Shown in pieces: positions 26,755-35,323 of a DNA stretch of 64,000 nt (its first letter is position 1; each line of letters opens with the position of its first letter). The notes under the pieces are model-generated. The model was not told the origin of the DNA. It saw nothing but the letters and a program-made list of their open reading frames with translations, and did no database searches. The translations under genes and the position numbers were made by a program. Source of the stretch: an uncultured Acidobacteriaceae bacterium (GTDB taxonomy: Bacteria; Acidobacteriota; Terriglobia; Terriglobales; Acidobacteriaceae). The stretch spans positions 226,875-290,874 of the forward strand of contig CAVRCN010000004.1 of NCBI GenBank assembly GCA_963719575.1, written 5' to 3'.

Positions 26755-27387
26755 TCACTTTTCTGGGGGCTTACCCATGCCTTGCTGCTGCATCAGGCAG
26801 GCCACGCCCTTCACAGCCGTGTCTTCGGCTTTGCTCAGGGACGCCAGCATGTTGGCCTGTTCTTGTTTCGAGCGGTTCTGGCCCAGCTTGAATTTGGCTT
26901 CGAGTTTGGTGGCGGTGATTTCGAATCCTACGATGTGCCGGAGCATGTTATCGCGGTATTTCTGGTCGAGGCTGTCCCATTGCTGCGCGTAGGCGGCCTC
27001 GAAGGTGGCGATCAACTCGTGAAGGACGCCTTGCAGCGCTTCCGGCGACGCGAACACGCGCGCGGTTCCGTAAAGATGCACCGCCCCGTAGTTCCACGTG
27101 GGAACGTTTTCGCGCGTGGTGTAGTTGCTGGGCGAGATGTAGGAGTGCGGTCCGTGGAAAATGGTGAGGCATTGCGGATTCTGTTCGAGATAGCGCCAGT
27201 GCGGGTTGGCTTTGGCGACGTGGCCGCGGACGATGAGTTGGTCTCCGGCTTCGCGGATGACGACCGGGACGTGGCTGGCGAAGGGGCCGTCGTCGGTGGC
27301 CGAGACCAGAATCACAAACGGATTCGCCTGCATGAACGCGATGGCGGCGGCGTGGTCGCGGAGAACGAAATGTTCGGGGATGTACAC
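26755..27387 (-). CDS. paiB: FMN-binding negative transcriptional regulator, PaiB family
   Basis: MYIPEHFVLRDHAAAIAFMQANPFVILVS...HVPVV...GHVAKANPHW is a characteristic PaiB N-terminus. Confidence 0.85.
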   Translation of the reverse strand: MYIPEHFVLRDHAAAIAFMQANPFVILVSATDDGPFASHVPVVIREAGDQLIVRGHVAKANPHWRYLEQNPQCLTIFHGPHSYISPSNYTTRENVPTWNYGAVHLYGTARVFASPEALQGVLHELIATFEAAYAQQWDSLDQKYRDNMLRHIVGFEITATKLEAKFKLGQNRSKQEQANMLASLSKAEDTAVKGVACLMQQQGMGKPPEK

Positions 27388-27420
27388 GGTCTAATTTTCA
27401 TTCGCCCCTGCGGGGCTGGT

Positions 27421-27978
27421 TCAAACTTTGGCGGTGATCCCCGCGGCTTGCGCCGTGGGCTGCATTTTTTCGCCGCTTTGCGGCCGATCTGACACTGCGT
27501 CTTTTCTGCGCACGTGGAGAACTTTTTCTACTTCAGCGATTACCACGCCAGCTTCGTCTTTCACTTCGATCGTGAACACGGGTTCGTATTTTGGCAGCGT
27601 CTTTAGTTTCTCCCGAATGTCGTCGATTTGGCTATCGCTAAGGCGAAATTCGGCGCGCACTGTGCCGCGTCCGGGCTTGCGGTAGCGGATGCTGGCAGCT
27701 TTATCCCACACGATGTAATCGCTGCCCAGGTTGGCCATCAGCATCAGCATATAGGGCGGGTCGGTCATGGCAAAGAGCGATCCGCCGAACTGGGTACCGA
27801 CGTAGTTGGCGTTCCACCAGTGCAGCTTCATTTCGACGTCGATGGATTTCATGTCGGGCGCAATGCGCCGGATGCGAATGCCCGCGCCCAGAAGCGGCGG
27901 CCACAGGTTGACCCAGCGGCGCAGGGCTCGGGAGCGCTTGGTGCCGCCGAGGAGTTGGAGGAGAACGCGGTGAGTCAT
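27421..27978 (-). CDS. DUF4442-like hotdog-fold (thioesterase-like) protein
   Basis: 185 aa. The NYVGTQFGGSLFAMTDPPYMLML...VRAEFRL pattern resembles the DUF4442/YiiD C-terminal family by eye. Confidence 0.6.
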   Translation of the reverse strand: MTHRVLLQLLGGTKRSRALRRWVNLWPPLLGAGIRIRRIAPDMKSIDVEMKLHWWNANYVGTQFGGSLFAMTDPPYMLMLMANLGSDYIVWDKAASIRYRKPGRGTVRAEFRLSDSQIDDIREKLKTLPKYEPVFTIEVKDEAGVVIAEVEKVLHVRRKDAVSDRPQSGEKMQPTAQAAGITAKV

Positions 27979-28014
27979 GATGCACGATCTTAATTCACGA
28001 TCTTAATTTCACGA

Positions 28015-29014
28015 TCATGGTTGGGGCGGGGCAGCGAGGCCGCGGCTGTAGACGGCGGCGAGGATCGCGGCGCCGCCGCGGGCCAGAAGCGCGGCGCCGG
28101 CATCGCTGCCGAGTTGTTCGGGATCGTCACCGTCGCGGGAGTCGCGGAGGAGTTTGGTGCCGTCGGGGTCGGCCACGATAGATTCTAGATGGAGTTTTCC
28201 ATTCTTCATTTCCGCGAAGGCTCCGATGGGGACCTGGCAGCCTCCGCCTAAGCGGTTCAGGAGGGCGCGTTCGCAGGTGGTGGCTGCGCGAGCGGCGGGG
28301 TCGTTGAGGAATTCGAGATGCTGGCGCGTGGCGGCATCGCCTGCGCGGATTTCGATTCCGAGCGCGCCCTGGCCGGCGGCGGGGCACATGATTTCGGCGG
28401 GGATGATTTGTTTGATCAGTTCGGTTTTGCCGAGACGCTTCAGGCCGGATGCGGCCAGGATGATGGCGTCGTATTCGCCTTGCTTCGAGTTTGCGCAGGC
28501 GGGTATCAACGTTGCCGCGCAGAGGATGGATGTCGAGATCGGGGCGTATAGCTTTAAGCTGTGCCTGGCGGCGCAGGCTGCTGGTGCCGACGCGGGCGGC
28601 CTTCGGCAGGTCTTTTATTTGTGAATAGTGGCGCGAGCAGAAGGCGTCGCGTGGGTCTTGGCGTTCGGTGATGGCGGCGATTTCGAATCCTGGGGGAAGT
28701 TCGGTGGGCAGGTCTTTTAAGGAATGCACGGCGAAGTCGACGCGTCCGGCGGCGAGGGCTTCTTCGATTTCTTTGGTGAAGATTCCTTTGCCGAGTCCGG
28801 CTTTGGTGCCGACCATGGCGAGAGGGACGTCGGTGATTTTGTCGCCGGTGGTGTGGATGATTTCGATTTCGACTTCATGGCCGCGGGCGCGCAGGAGGTC
28901 GGAGATGTGGTTGGCCTGCCACAGGGCGAGCTGGGAGCCGCGGGAGCCGATGCGGAGGAGGATTCCGCCGTTGGCGAGTTGATTGTCGCTGGTCATCGCT
29001 GGGTGTGTGGGCAT
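28015..29014 (-). pseudogene. hemC: porphobilinogen deaminase (hydroxymethylbilane synthase) interrupted by a single-base frameshift
   Basis: The N-terminal two-thirds ([14 protein letters not shown]...SLRRQAQL...[14 protein letters not shown]) is in the frame of ORF 28127..29014. The C-terminal third ([17 protein letters not shown]...[11 protein letters not shown]) is in the frame of ORF 28015..28509. The junction is at 28480-28483. Confidence 0.85.
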
Positions 29015-29070
29015 TGTCCTGGTGCACGGGGGAAAAGTCCTCGCATTGCCGGCGGCAGTGCAAGCTTATA

Positions 29071-29135
29071 GGGGTCCTTCGACTTCGTCTGGCGATTCGC
29101 TTCGCGGATCGCCAGACTGCGCTCAGGAAGACAAG
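29071..29135. repeat. solo GGTCCTTCGAC...hairpin...GCTCAGGA(A/T)GACA repeat unit
   Basis: GGGGTCCTTCGACTTCGTCTGGCGATTCGCTTCGCGGATCGCCAGACTGCGCTCAGGAAGACAAG differs from 31664-31728 at 3 positions. Confidence 0.7.
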
Positions 29136-29162
29136 GGGGTGGAGTGTGGGGCCCGGGCGACA

Positions 29163-30518
29163 TTAGTGGCGCGGCTCCGCTTCTTTCTGGATCGAGCTTT
29201 CTTTCTTGCTCGATGATTCTTTGTTGGCTTGCGAGGCGGGGCCGGATTCTTTGTCGTGGAGGTTGAAGAGGCGGCGGACTACTTCGATGACCGTCGTGAC
29301 TTCGGATTCTTTGGCGGCGGTTTTCAGGGTGGTGATGGGGGTGTGCATGACTTTGTTGATGATGCCGCGGGTTAAGGCTTCGACGGCGATTTCCTGTTCG
29401 GGGGTCATGTGGCCGAGGCGGCCGCGGACGCGGTCGATTTCGGCCTGGCGGATAGTTTCGAGATGGTCTTGTAAGCTCACGATTGTCGGGACGACGTCGC
29501 GGGTGTGGCGGCGGGCTTCGAAGCGGGCTTTGAAGTTTTCGACTTCGCTGGCGATGATGGCTTCGGCGATTTCGGCTTCTTTGCGGCGGTCGGCGACGTG
29601 GCTGGTGACGGCTTGCTGCAGGTCGTCGAGGTCATAGGTGAAGATGCCGTCGAGCTTGGCCATTTCCGGGGAAACGTCGCGGGGGACGGCGATGTCGATG
29701 AAGAACATGGGCTTGTTCTTGCGGCGGGAGAGGAATTGCTCTCCGTGCTCGCGGCGGAAAATGGCGTGGGGCGCGCCGGTGGAGGTGATGACGATATCGG
29801 CGCGGTCGCAGGTCGCGTAGAGGTCGTCGAACTTGATGGCCTGGCCGTTGAATTTTTGCGCCAGGCCGACGGCGCGGTCGTAGGTGCGGTTCGAGACGAA
29901 GATGCTGGCGCAGCCGTGGGCCATGAGGTGACGGGCGGCGAGTTCGCTCATTTTTCCGGCGCCGACGAGGAATACGTTCTTGCCCTGCAGGTTGCCGAAA
30001 ATCTTCTTCGCCAACTCGACTGCGACGCTCGCGATGGAAACCGAGGAAGAGCCGACTTCGGTTTCGGTGCGTACTCGTTTGGCGACGGCGAAGGCGCGGG
30101 TGAAGAGTTGATCGAGTTGGCCGCGAGCGGCGCCGATGGCGCGGGCGGTGGCGTAGGCTTCCTTGACCTGGCCGAGAATTTGGGCTTCGCCGACGACCAT
30201 GGAATCGAGGCTGGAGGCGACGCGGAAGATGTGGCGTACGGCGTCCTTTTCTCGAAACTCGTAAAGATGCGCATCCAGTTCTTCGGCGGTGAGGCGGAAG
30301 TGATGGTGCAGGAATCCGCGCAGGTCGGCGCTGCCGTTGGTGGTGTGGGTGATCACTTCCACGCGGTTGCAGGTGGAGATGATCATGCCCTCCTCGATAC
30401 CGGGGTGGGCGGTGAGATCGCGGCAGGCGTCGGGCAGACGAGATTCCGGGATGGCCAGGCGCTCGCGCACGTCGAGGGGAGCGCTTTTGTGATTCACGCC
30501 GATGAGCTGGTATCTCAT
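29163..30518 (-). CDS. hemA: glutamyl-tRNA reductase
   Basis: MRYQLIGVNHKSAPLDVRERL...ISTCNRVE...LVGAGKMSELAARHL. ATG at 30518 chosen over the upstream ORF extension. Confidence 0.9.
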   Translation of the reverse strand: MRYQLIGVNHKSAPLDVRERLAIPESRLPDACRDLTAHPGIEEGMIISTCNRVEVITHTTNGSADLRGFLHHHFRLTAEELDAHLYEFREKDAVRHIFRVASSLDSMVVGEAQILGQVKEAYATARAIGAARGQLDQLFTRAFAVAKRVRTETEVGSSSVSIASVAVELAKKIFGNLQGKNVFLVGAGKMSELAARHLMAHGCASIFVSNRTYDRAVGLAQKFNGQAIKFDDLYATCDRADIVITSTGAPHAIFRREHGEQFLSRRKNKPMFFIDIAVPRDVSPEMAKLDGIFTYDLDDLQQAVTSHVADRRKEAEIAEAIIASEVENFKARFEARRHTRDVVPTIVSLQDHLETIRQAEIDRVRGRLGHMTPEQEIAVEALTRGIINKVMHTPITTLKTAAKESEVTTVIEVVRRLFNLHDKESGPASQANKESSSKKESSIQKEAEPRH

Positions 30519-30540
30519 AATGCGAGCCTCATAATGTGCC

Positions 30541-31353
30541 TCATGAGGCGGCGAACCTGTGGATGGCGGAGAAATAGTTGGCGGCCCAGGCCACGACTGC
30601 GGCCACGAAGGCGCAGGTGGCGAGCACGGCGGCGCGGCGGCCACGCCATCCGGAATTCCAGCGGGTGAAGATCATGAGCATGTACACGATCCACATCAGA
30701 ATCGAGAGCAGAATTTTGGGGTCGAGGAAATTGATGCGGCCGTAGGCCGAGATGGCGACGATGGAGCCGGTCAGCAGGCCGAGAGTCATGAAAGGAAAAC
30801 CGAGCAGCAGCGAACGGTAGCCGATCTGGTCGATGACTTCGAGCGCGGGGAGAAATGAGATCAGGCTGCTGGGCTTCTTGGCCTTGAGACGGCGCTCCTG
30901 CAAAAGGTAGAGCAGGCTGGCGCCGAAGCTGAGGACCAGCGCGGCGTAGCCGGTGAAGATGAGGATGATGTGGGCGATCAGCCATCCTTTGACGTGGACG
31001 AAGGAGGTCAGCAGAACGGGTTGCTCATCGAGGGCGGCGACGAAGGTTAAGAAGAAAACGATGGGAAAGACGACCACGCCCGGGGAGGTGGTGTGGTAGA
31101 TGGCGTAGATGAGCATGAAAAAGCTCATCGAAAAGAAGGCAAGCAGCGATTCGCCGTTGTGCACTGAGGTCCAGAGCACGTGGCCGGAGAGGAAAAGTTC
31201 GGAGAGGGAGACGAAATGGAAAACCATGCCCACGCTGACGGCGTGCAGGGCGATGCGGCTGAAGAGATCGCTCGGGCGGGTGAGCGCCACGAAAGCGTAG
31301 ATCAGCCCGACGAAGTAGCAGGCCAGCGCGAAGCGGAGCCAGAGCAGAGCCAT
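30541..31353 (-). CDS. cytochrome c assembly (CcsA/HemX-like) membrane protein
   Basis: 270 aa with about 8 TM segments. Sits directly upstream of hemA, as in hemX-hemA arrangements. The Trp-rich region is only weakly recognisable. Confidence 0.7.
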   Translation of the reverse strand: MALLWLRFALACYFVGLIYAFVALTRPSDLFSRIALHAVSVGMVFHFVSLSELFLSGHVLWTSVHNGESLLAFFSMSFFMLIYAIYHTTSPGVVVFPIVFFLTFVAALDEQPVLLTSFVHVKGWLIAHIILIFTGYAALVLSFGASLLYLLQERRLKAKKPSSLISFLPALEVIDQIGYRSLLLGFPFMTLGLLTGSIVAISAYGRINFLDPKILLSILMWIVYMLMIFTRWNSGWRGRRAAVLATCAFVAAVVAWAANYFSAIHRFAAS

Positions 31354-31663
31354 AGGCCAGGCAAGTATCAGAGTCTGGAGAGTTTAATGCAAGTCTTGAG
31401 GGGCTTCGAACTTCAGGGACCATCCCCCCACGCATTATATTCTGCACTGGTGATTCTGCCGGGCGAATGGCATGGGTCACAGGGGATTGTGATTGGGATC
31501 ACAGGGGGGGCGGAGCTGCGGCAGAAGGCAGCCTCAGCGGGTGGAAGACCGCCAGGGTTAGTGAGCGTATCGCGGCACGAGTGGAACTCGTGCCCCCGGC
31601 GCTGCGAAATGGAGGGACGTCGAGGGAACGCCTTGCATCGCCGGTCGCGCTGCGCGGGGGCAC

Positions 31664-31728
31664 GGGGTCCTTCGACTTCGTCTGGCGATTCGCTTCGCGC
31701 ATCGCCAGACTTCGCTCAGGATGACAAG
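31664..31728. repeat. solo GGTCCTTCGAC...hairpin...GCTCAGGATGACA repeat unit
   Basis: GGGGTCCTTCGACTTCGTCTGGCGATTCGCTTCGCGCATCGCCAGACTTCGCTCAGGATGACAAG. Confidence 0.7.
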
Positions 31729-31748
31729 CTTTAAACTTTTTGGGCGGG

Positions 31749-32123
31749 TCATTCCACGCCGAGGCTGGTGAGGGCTTCTTCGAGCAGAGCGCCGTCGATG
31801 AGCAGGCGGCGGCCTTGAGACTTTACGTCTTCGAGGTCGTCGAAGGCGCGGAAGAGGCGGAGCTTGGCGGCGGCGTATTGCTCGGCGTCGCTGAGAGTGC
31901 GGTGGCGGGTAGCGCTCCAGGCGGTGATTGCCGATGCGGTCAGGAAGACGCTGACGGCGTAGGTGAGCTTGCGGTCGGAGGTTACGTCGAAGATGAATTC
32001 GGTGGCTGGGGCGGCGGGATCGTCGGGCAGGGCGGGGCGCTTGCCGACGAAATAGTACTGGTACACGTAGCCTTGGGCGCCGGTGTAGGTCTTCAGGCGG
32101 CGGACGGGCTTGTCGGGGGGCAT
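31749..32123 (-). CDS. hypothetical protein
   Basis: 124-aa ORF with protein-like composition (YTGAQGYVYQYYFVGKR...). No family recognised. Confidence 0.5.
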   Translation of the reverse strand: MPPDKPVRRLKTYTGAQGYVYQYYFVGKRPALPDDPAAPATEFIFDVTSDRKLTYAVSVFLTASAITAWSATRHRTLSDAEQYAAAKLRLFRAFDDLEDVKSQGRRLLIDGALLEEALTSLGVE

Positions 32124-32200
32124 GCGGGTATTATGCGCTTGCGAACACGTTCTTCACCACGGACGAAGGTCGAGAAGTCTATCTACGTGAGCTGGCTTCG

Positions 32201-32244
32201 AAATCCCCACTTCTCGCAAAAAACGCGAGAAATGGGGCACCCGG
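32201..32244. repeat. 44-bp hairpin repeat (CCCCACTTCTCGC-loop-GCGAGAAATGGGG), copy 1
   Basis: AAATCCCCACTTCTCGCAAAAAACGCGAGAAATGGGGCACCCGG matches 40339-40382 with one mismatch. Confidence 0.75.
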
Positions 32245-32432
32245 CGCGGCTGTGGTTCGCGGGGTCGATCGTTAGAAAAATTAAACATGATGCGCGACTT
32301 TGCACCGAGGTACTCGGGGTTCTTCTGGCTCACTCACCTGGATTGGTAAGTTGCCGATAGCTTTCTTGGGAGATGGACTGCCCGCATCGCCTCGCAGGGT
32401 GCGAGGGCGGCGATCTGCTCACCAGGTGATTA

Positions 32433-34280
32433 ATGATTCAGGGATGGATGTGGCTGGTTCTGGCTGCGCTCGTAGTTCTCGTGGGATACCAGCGATTGCG
32501 ATTCAACGAGATTCAGCGGCAGTCGAAGAATCGCGAAGAACTGTTTCAGATCGTGGCCGAGAATGCCGCCGACATGATCGCGCTGGTGGATATGAAAGGG
32601 CGGCGACTGTACAACAGCCCCGCCTATAAGAAAATTCTGGGTTATTCCCCGGCTGAGCTGGGAGAGACGTCGTCGTTCGAGCAGATTCATCCCGAGGATC
32701 GGTTCAAGGTGCTGGAGGCGGCGCGAGAGGCGCGGCAAAGCGGCGTGGGGAAGAAGATGGAGTACCGCATCCGGCACAAGGACGGATCGTGGAGAGTTCT
32801 GGAGTCGCTGGCCAGCGTGGTGCGGGACGAGAAAGGCGAAGTGGTGAAGCTGGTCATCGTGAACCGGGACATCACGGAGCGGCGGTCGACGGAAGATCAA
32901 CTGGAACACAATTCGTATCATGATGCGCTGACCGGACTGCCCAATCGCCGGCTTTTTCTCGACCGGCTGGGACTTTCTTTCATCCGGACGCATCGCAATC
33001 CGAACTCGCACTACGCGGTGTTGTTCGTGGACGTTGACGGCTTCAAGAGCTTTAACGAGACGATGGGAGCGGGGGCTGGGGATCAGGTGATTGTGGAAAT
33101 GGGAAAGCGAATGGCGGCGGCGCTGCGAGGGGAGGATACCGTGGCCCGACCGCAAGTTCCGGGGGCGCGCATTGATGCGGTGCTGTCCCGGCTGGGCGGC
33201 GACGAATTTACGATTCTGCTGGACGGAATCGTGGATCCCAGCGATGCCATGCGGATCGCGAACCGAATCAAGGTAGCGGTGGCGATTCCGATTCTGATCG
33301 AAGGACGAGCGGTGTGCATTTCGGCAAGCGTAGGGATTGCGTTGAGCACGGCCACGCACCTTCAGGCTGAGGACCTGTTGCTGGATGCGGACACGGCCAT
33401 GCGCAGGGCCAAGGCGCTGGGCGGAGCGCGGTGCGAATTGTTCGATGAAGCGATGCAGACCCAGGCGGTGAACCGGCTGAAACTGGAATCGGAATTGCGG
33501 ACGGCGGAAGAGGAAGGGCAATTTCAGGTTTATTACCAGCCGGTGGTCACGCTGAAGACCAGGCAGATCACGGGGTTTGAAGCCTTGTTGCGCTGGACGC
33601 ATCCGCAGCAGGGAGTGATCGCGGCGGATAAATTCCTGGAGGCCGCGGAAGACACGGGACTGATGATTTCGATCGGGCAGTGGATGATGATGGAAGCGTG
33701 CCGCCAGCTGCGAAAGTGGCAATTGAAATACGGGGCTGCCGGACCGCTGAGCCTGGCGATTAATCTTTCGGCGGGGCAGCTGGCGCACAAGGATCTGGTA
33801 AGCGACCTTCGGGACGCGATCCAGGCCAGCGGCGTGGGGTCGGGCAGCGTGCAGGTAGAGATGTCAGAAAAACTTGCGATGGCGAATCCCAAGCTGACTT
33901 CGAGCGTGCTTTCGCAACTGCGAAGTGTGGGCGTGCGCGTAACCCTGCAGGAGTTTGGCAGCGGGCATTCTTCGCTCATCGAGCTGCGCAATTTTCCCGT
34001 GGAAGCGATGAAGATCGACCGGCCGCTGGTGCACGAGTTGCTGGCGGACTCCGGCACCTGCGATGTTGTGGAGTTGATTATTACGCTGGCGCGCAAGATG
34101 AACGTGCGAGTGATCGCGGACGGGGTTGAAACCGCCAGACATTTGGAGCGATTGCAGGAACTGGGCTGCCAGTCCGGCCAGGGCTATTTTTTCTCGCCGC
34201 CGCTCGAGGCGAGCGCCGCAGAAAAACTGTTGTCCCGGCAGGTTGTGCAGGCGCAGGCGAGCGGAGCAGTGGCGCAGTAG
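32433..34280 (+). CDS. membrane-anchored PAS-GGDEF-EAL cyclic-di-GMP signalling protein
   Basis: N-terminal TM segment, then a PAS-like region (NAADMIALVDMKGRRLYNSPAY...), RLGGDEFTILL (GGDEF) and FEALLRW...EMSE...QGYFFSPP (EAL). Confidence 0.9.
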   Translation: MIQGWMWLVLAALVVLVGYQRLRFNEIQRQSKNREELFQIVAENAADMIALVDMKGRRLYNSPAYKKILGYSPAELGETSSFEQIHPEDRFKVLEAAREARQSGVGKKMEYRIRHKDGSWRVLESLASVVRDEKGEVVKLVIVNRDITERRSTEDQLEHNSYHDALTGLPNRRLFLDRLGLSFIRTHRNPNSHYAVLFVDVDGFKSFNETMGAGAGDQVIVEMGKRMAAALRGEDTVARPQVPGARIDAVLSRLGGDEFTILLDGIVDPSDAMRIANRIKVAVAIPILIEGRAVCISASVGIALSTATHLQAEDLLLDADTAMRRAKALGGARCELFDEAMQTQAVNRLKLESELRTAEEEGQFQVYYQPVVTLKTRQITGFEALLRWTHPQQGVIAADKFLEAAEDTGLMISIGQWMMMEACRQLRKWQLKYGAAGPLSLAINLSAGQLAHKDLVSDLRDAIQASGVGSGSVQVEMSEKLAMANPKLTSSVLSQLRSVGVRVTLQEFGSGHSSLIELRNFPVEAMKIDRPLVHELLADSGTCDVVELIITLARKMNVRVIADGVETARHLERLQELGCQSGQGYFFSPPLEASAAEKLLSRQVVQAQASGAVAQ

Positions 34281-34291
34281 CGCCGGACGCC

Positions 34292-35236
34292 CTACCGGAC
34301 GCCGTTTCCGGGGGACACCACGCGGCCGTATTCCGTGGCACGGCTCAAGCGGTCGAACATGCGCCAGGCTTCGAGTGACACTTTGCTGATGGCCTCTTCG
34401 CCTGCGCGTTCATTTTCGAGATAGGCGGTCATCACGCAGATCACGTAGGGGCGGCCTTCGACGAACACGATTCCCGAATCGTTGCGCACGGCTTCGAGCG
34501 CGCCGGGCTTGTCGGCGATCTTCAGATCCGGAGGAAGGTCGCGGGGGATCCAGGAATCTTTTCCCGTGCTGAGCATGGTGAAGAAATCATTTTCCATTTC
34601 CTTGTTGAGGACTTGGCCGCGGTAGAGGGCGGCGAGCAGGGTCATCATTTCGCGGGGCGTGGAGATGTTTTCGCGGCCTTGCTTGGCGGCGTTGAGGTCC
34701 ATCATCTTGCGGCGCAGGCGGGTGTGCGAAAGGCCGAGCGAATCGAGCATGGCGTTGACGTTCTCCATGCCGACACGATCGATGAGCACGTTGGTGGCGG
34801 AGTTGTCGCTGACCGCGACCATCATGGTGGCGAGATCGCGCAGGGTGATGCGAGTGACGCCGGGAGTGAGGCCGCCCATGATGTTGCTGTCGGCGACCAA
34901 GTCGGAAGCCTGCACGGTGTAGAGATCGGTGAGCTTGAGTTTGCCTTGCTGCGCCTGCCGGTACAGCTCGGCGAGCACCGCGATCTTGATGGAACTGGCC
35001 TGGGCGAAGACTTCGTTTTCGTGGAGGAAAAACTGGTCTCCGGTGGTGAGGTCTTCGAGGGCGACGCCCATTACGCCGTCGAGATGCTGGTCGATTTCGT
35101 GGATGTTCGCCTCGAGTTTTTGCCAGAGAACTTTCTGCTTTTCTTGCTGCGGTGAAGAAGGACTCGCAGTTGAAGGATTCGACGTTTGGGCGAAGCTTAA
35201 GGAAATCAGTACGAGGCAGCACAGCAGATGTTTCAC
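34292..35236 (-). CDS. class A beta-lactamase-like serine hydrolase
   Basis: Signal peptide. SxxK (ASSIKIAVL), SDN (VSDNSATN) and a KTG-equivalent KPG (ADKPGAL). Confidence 0.8.
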   Translation of the reverse strand: MKHLLCCLVLISLSFAQTSNPSTASPSSPQQEKQKVLWQKLEANIHEIDQHLDGVMGVALEDLTTGDQFFLHENEVFAQASSIKIAVLAELYRQAQQGKLKLTDLYTVQASDLVADSNIMGGLTPGVTRITLRDLATMMVAVSDNSATNVLIDRVGMENVNAMLDSLGLSHTRLRRKMMDLNAAKQGRENISTPREMMTLLAALYRGQVLNKEMENDFFTMLSTGKDSWIPRDLPPDLKIADKPGALEAVRNDSGIVFVEGRPYVICVMTAYLENERAGEEAISKVSLEAWRMFDRLSRATEYGRVVSPGNGVR

Positions 35237-35323
35237 GCAGGGTCTCCTGAAGTTCAGTGGGTAGTGATCAGTGGCTGGTGGTCAGTTAAGATCAAGGGCT
35301 CGGATACTAGTGATTATTGTTTT

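Noticed and set aside
29505-30668. 387-aa plus-strand ORF antisense to hemA (and 22207..23100 antisense to nth, 47944..49005 antisense to nadE)
   Set aside because: Gly/Ala/Asp/Val-rich translations that mirror well-supported genes. No independent evidence supports them.
32430-33788. 452-aa minus-strand ORF antisense to the PAS-GGDEF-EAL gene
   Set aside because: The sense strand carries clear GGDEF and EAL motifs. The antisense translation is R/P/Q/H-rich without motifs.
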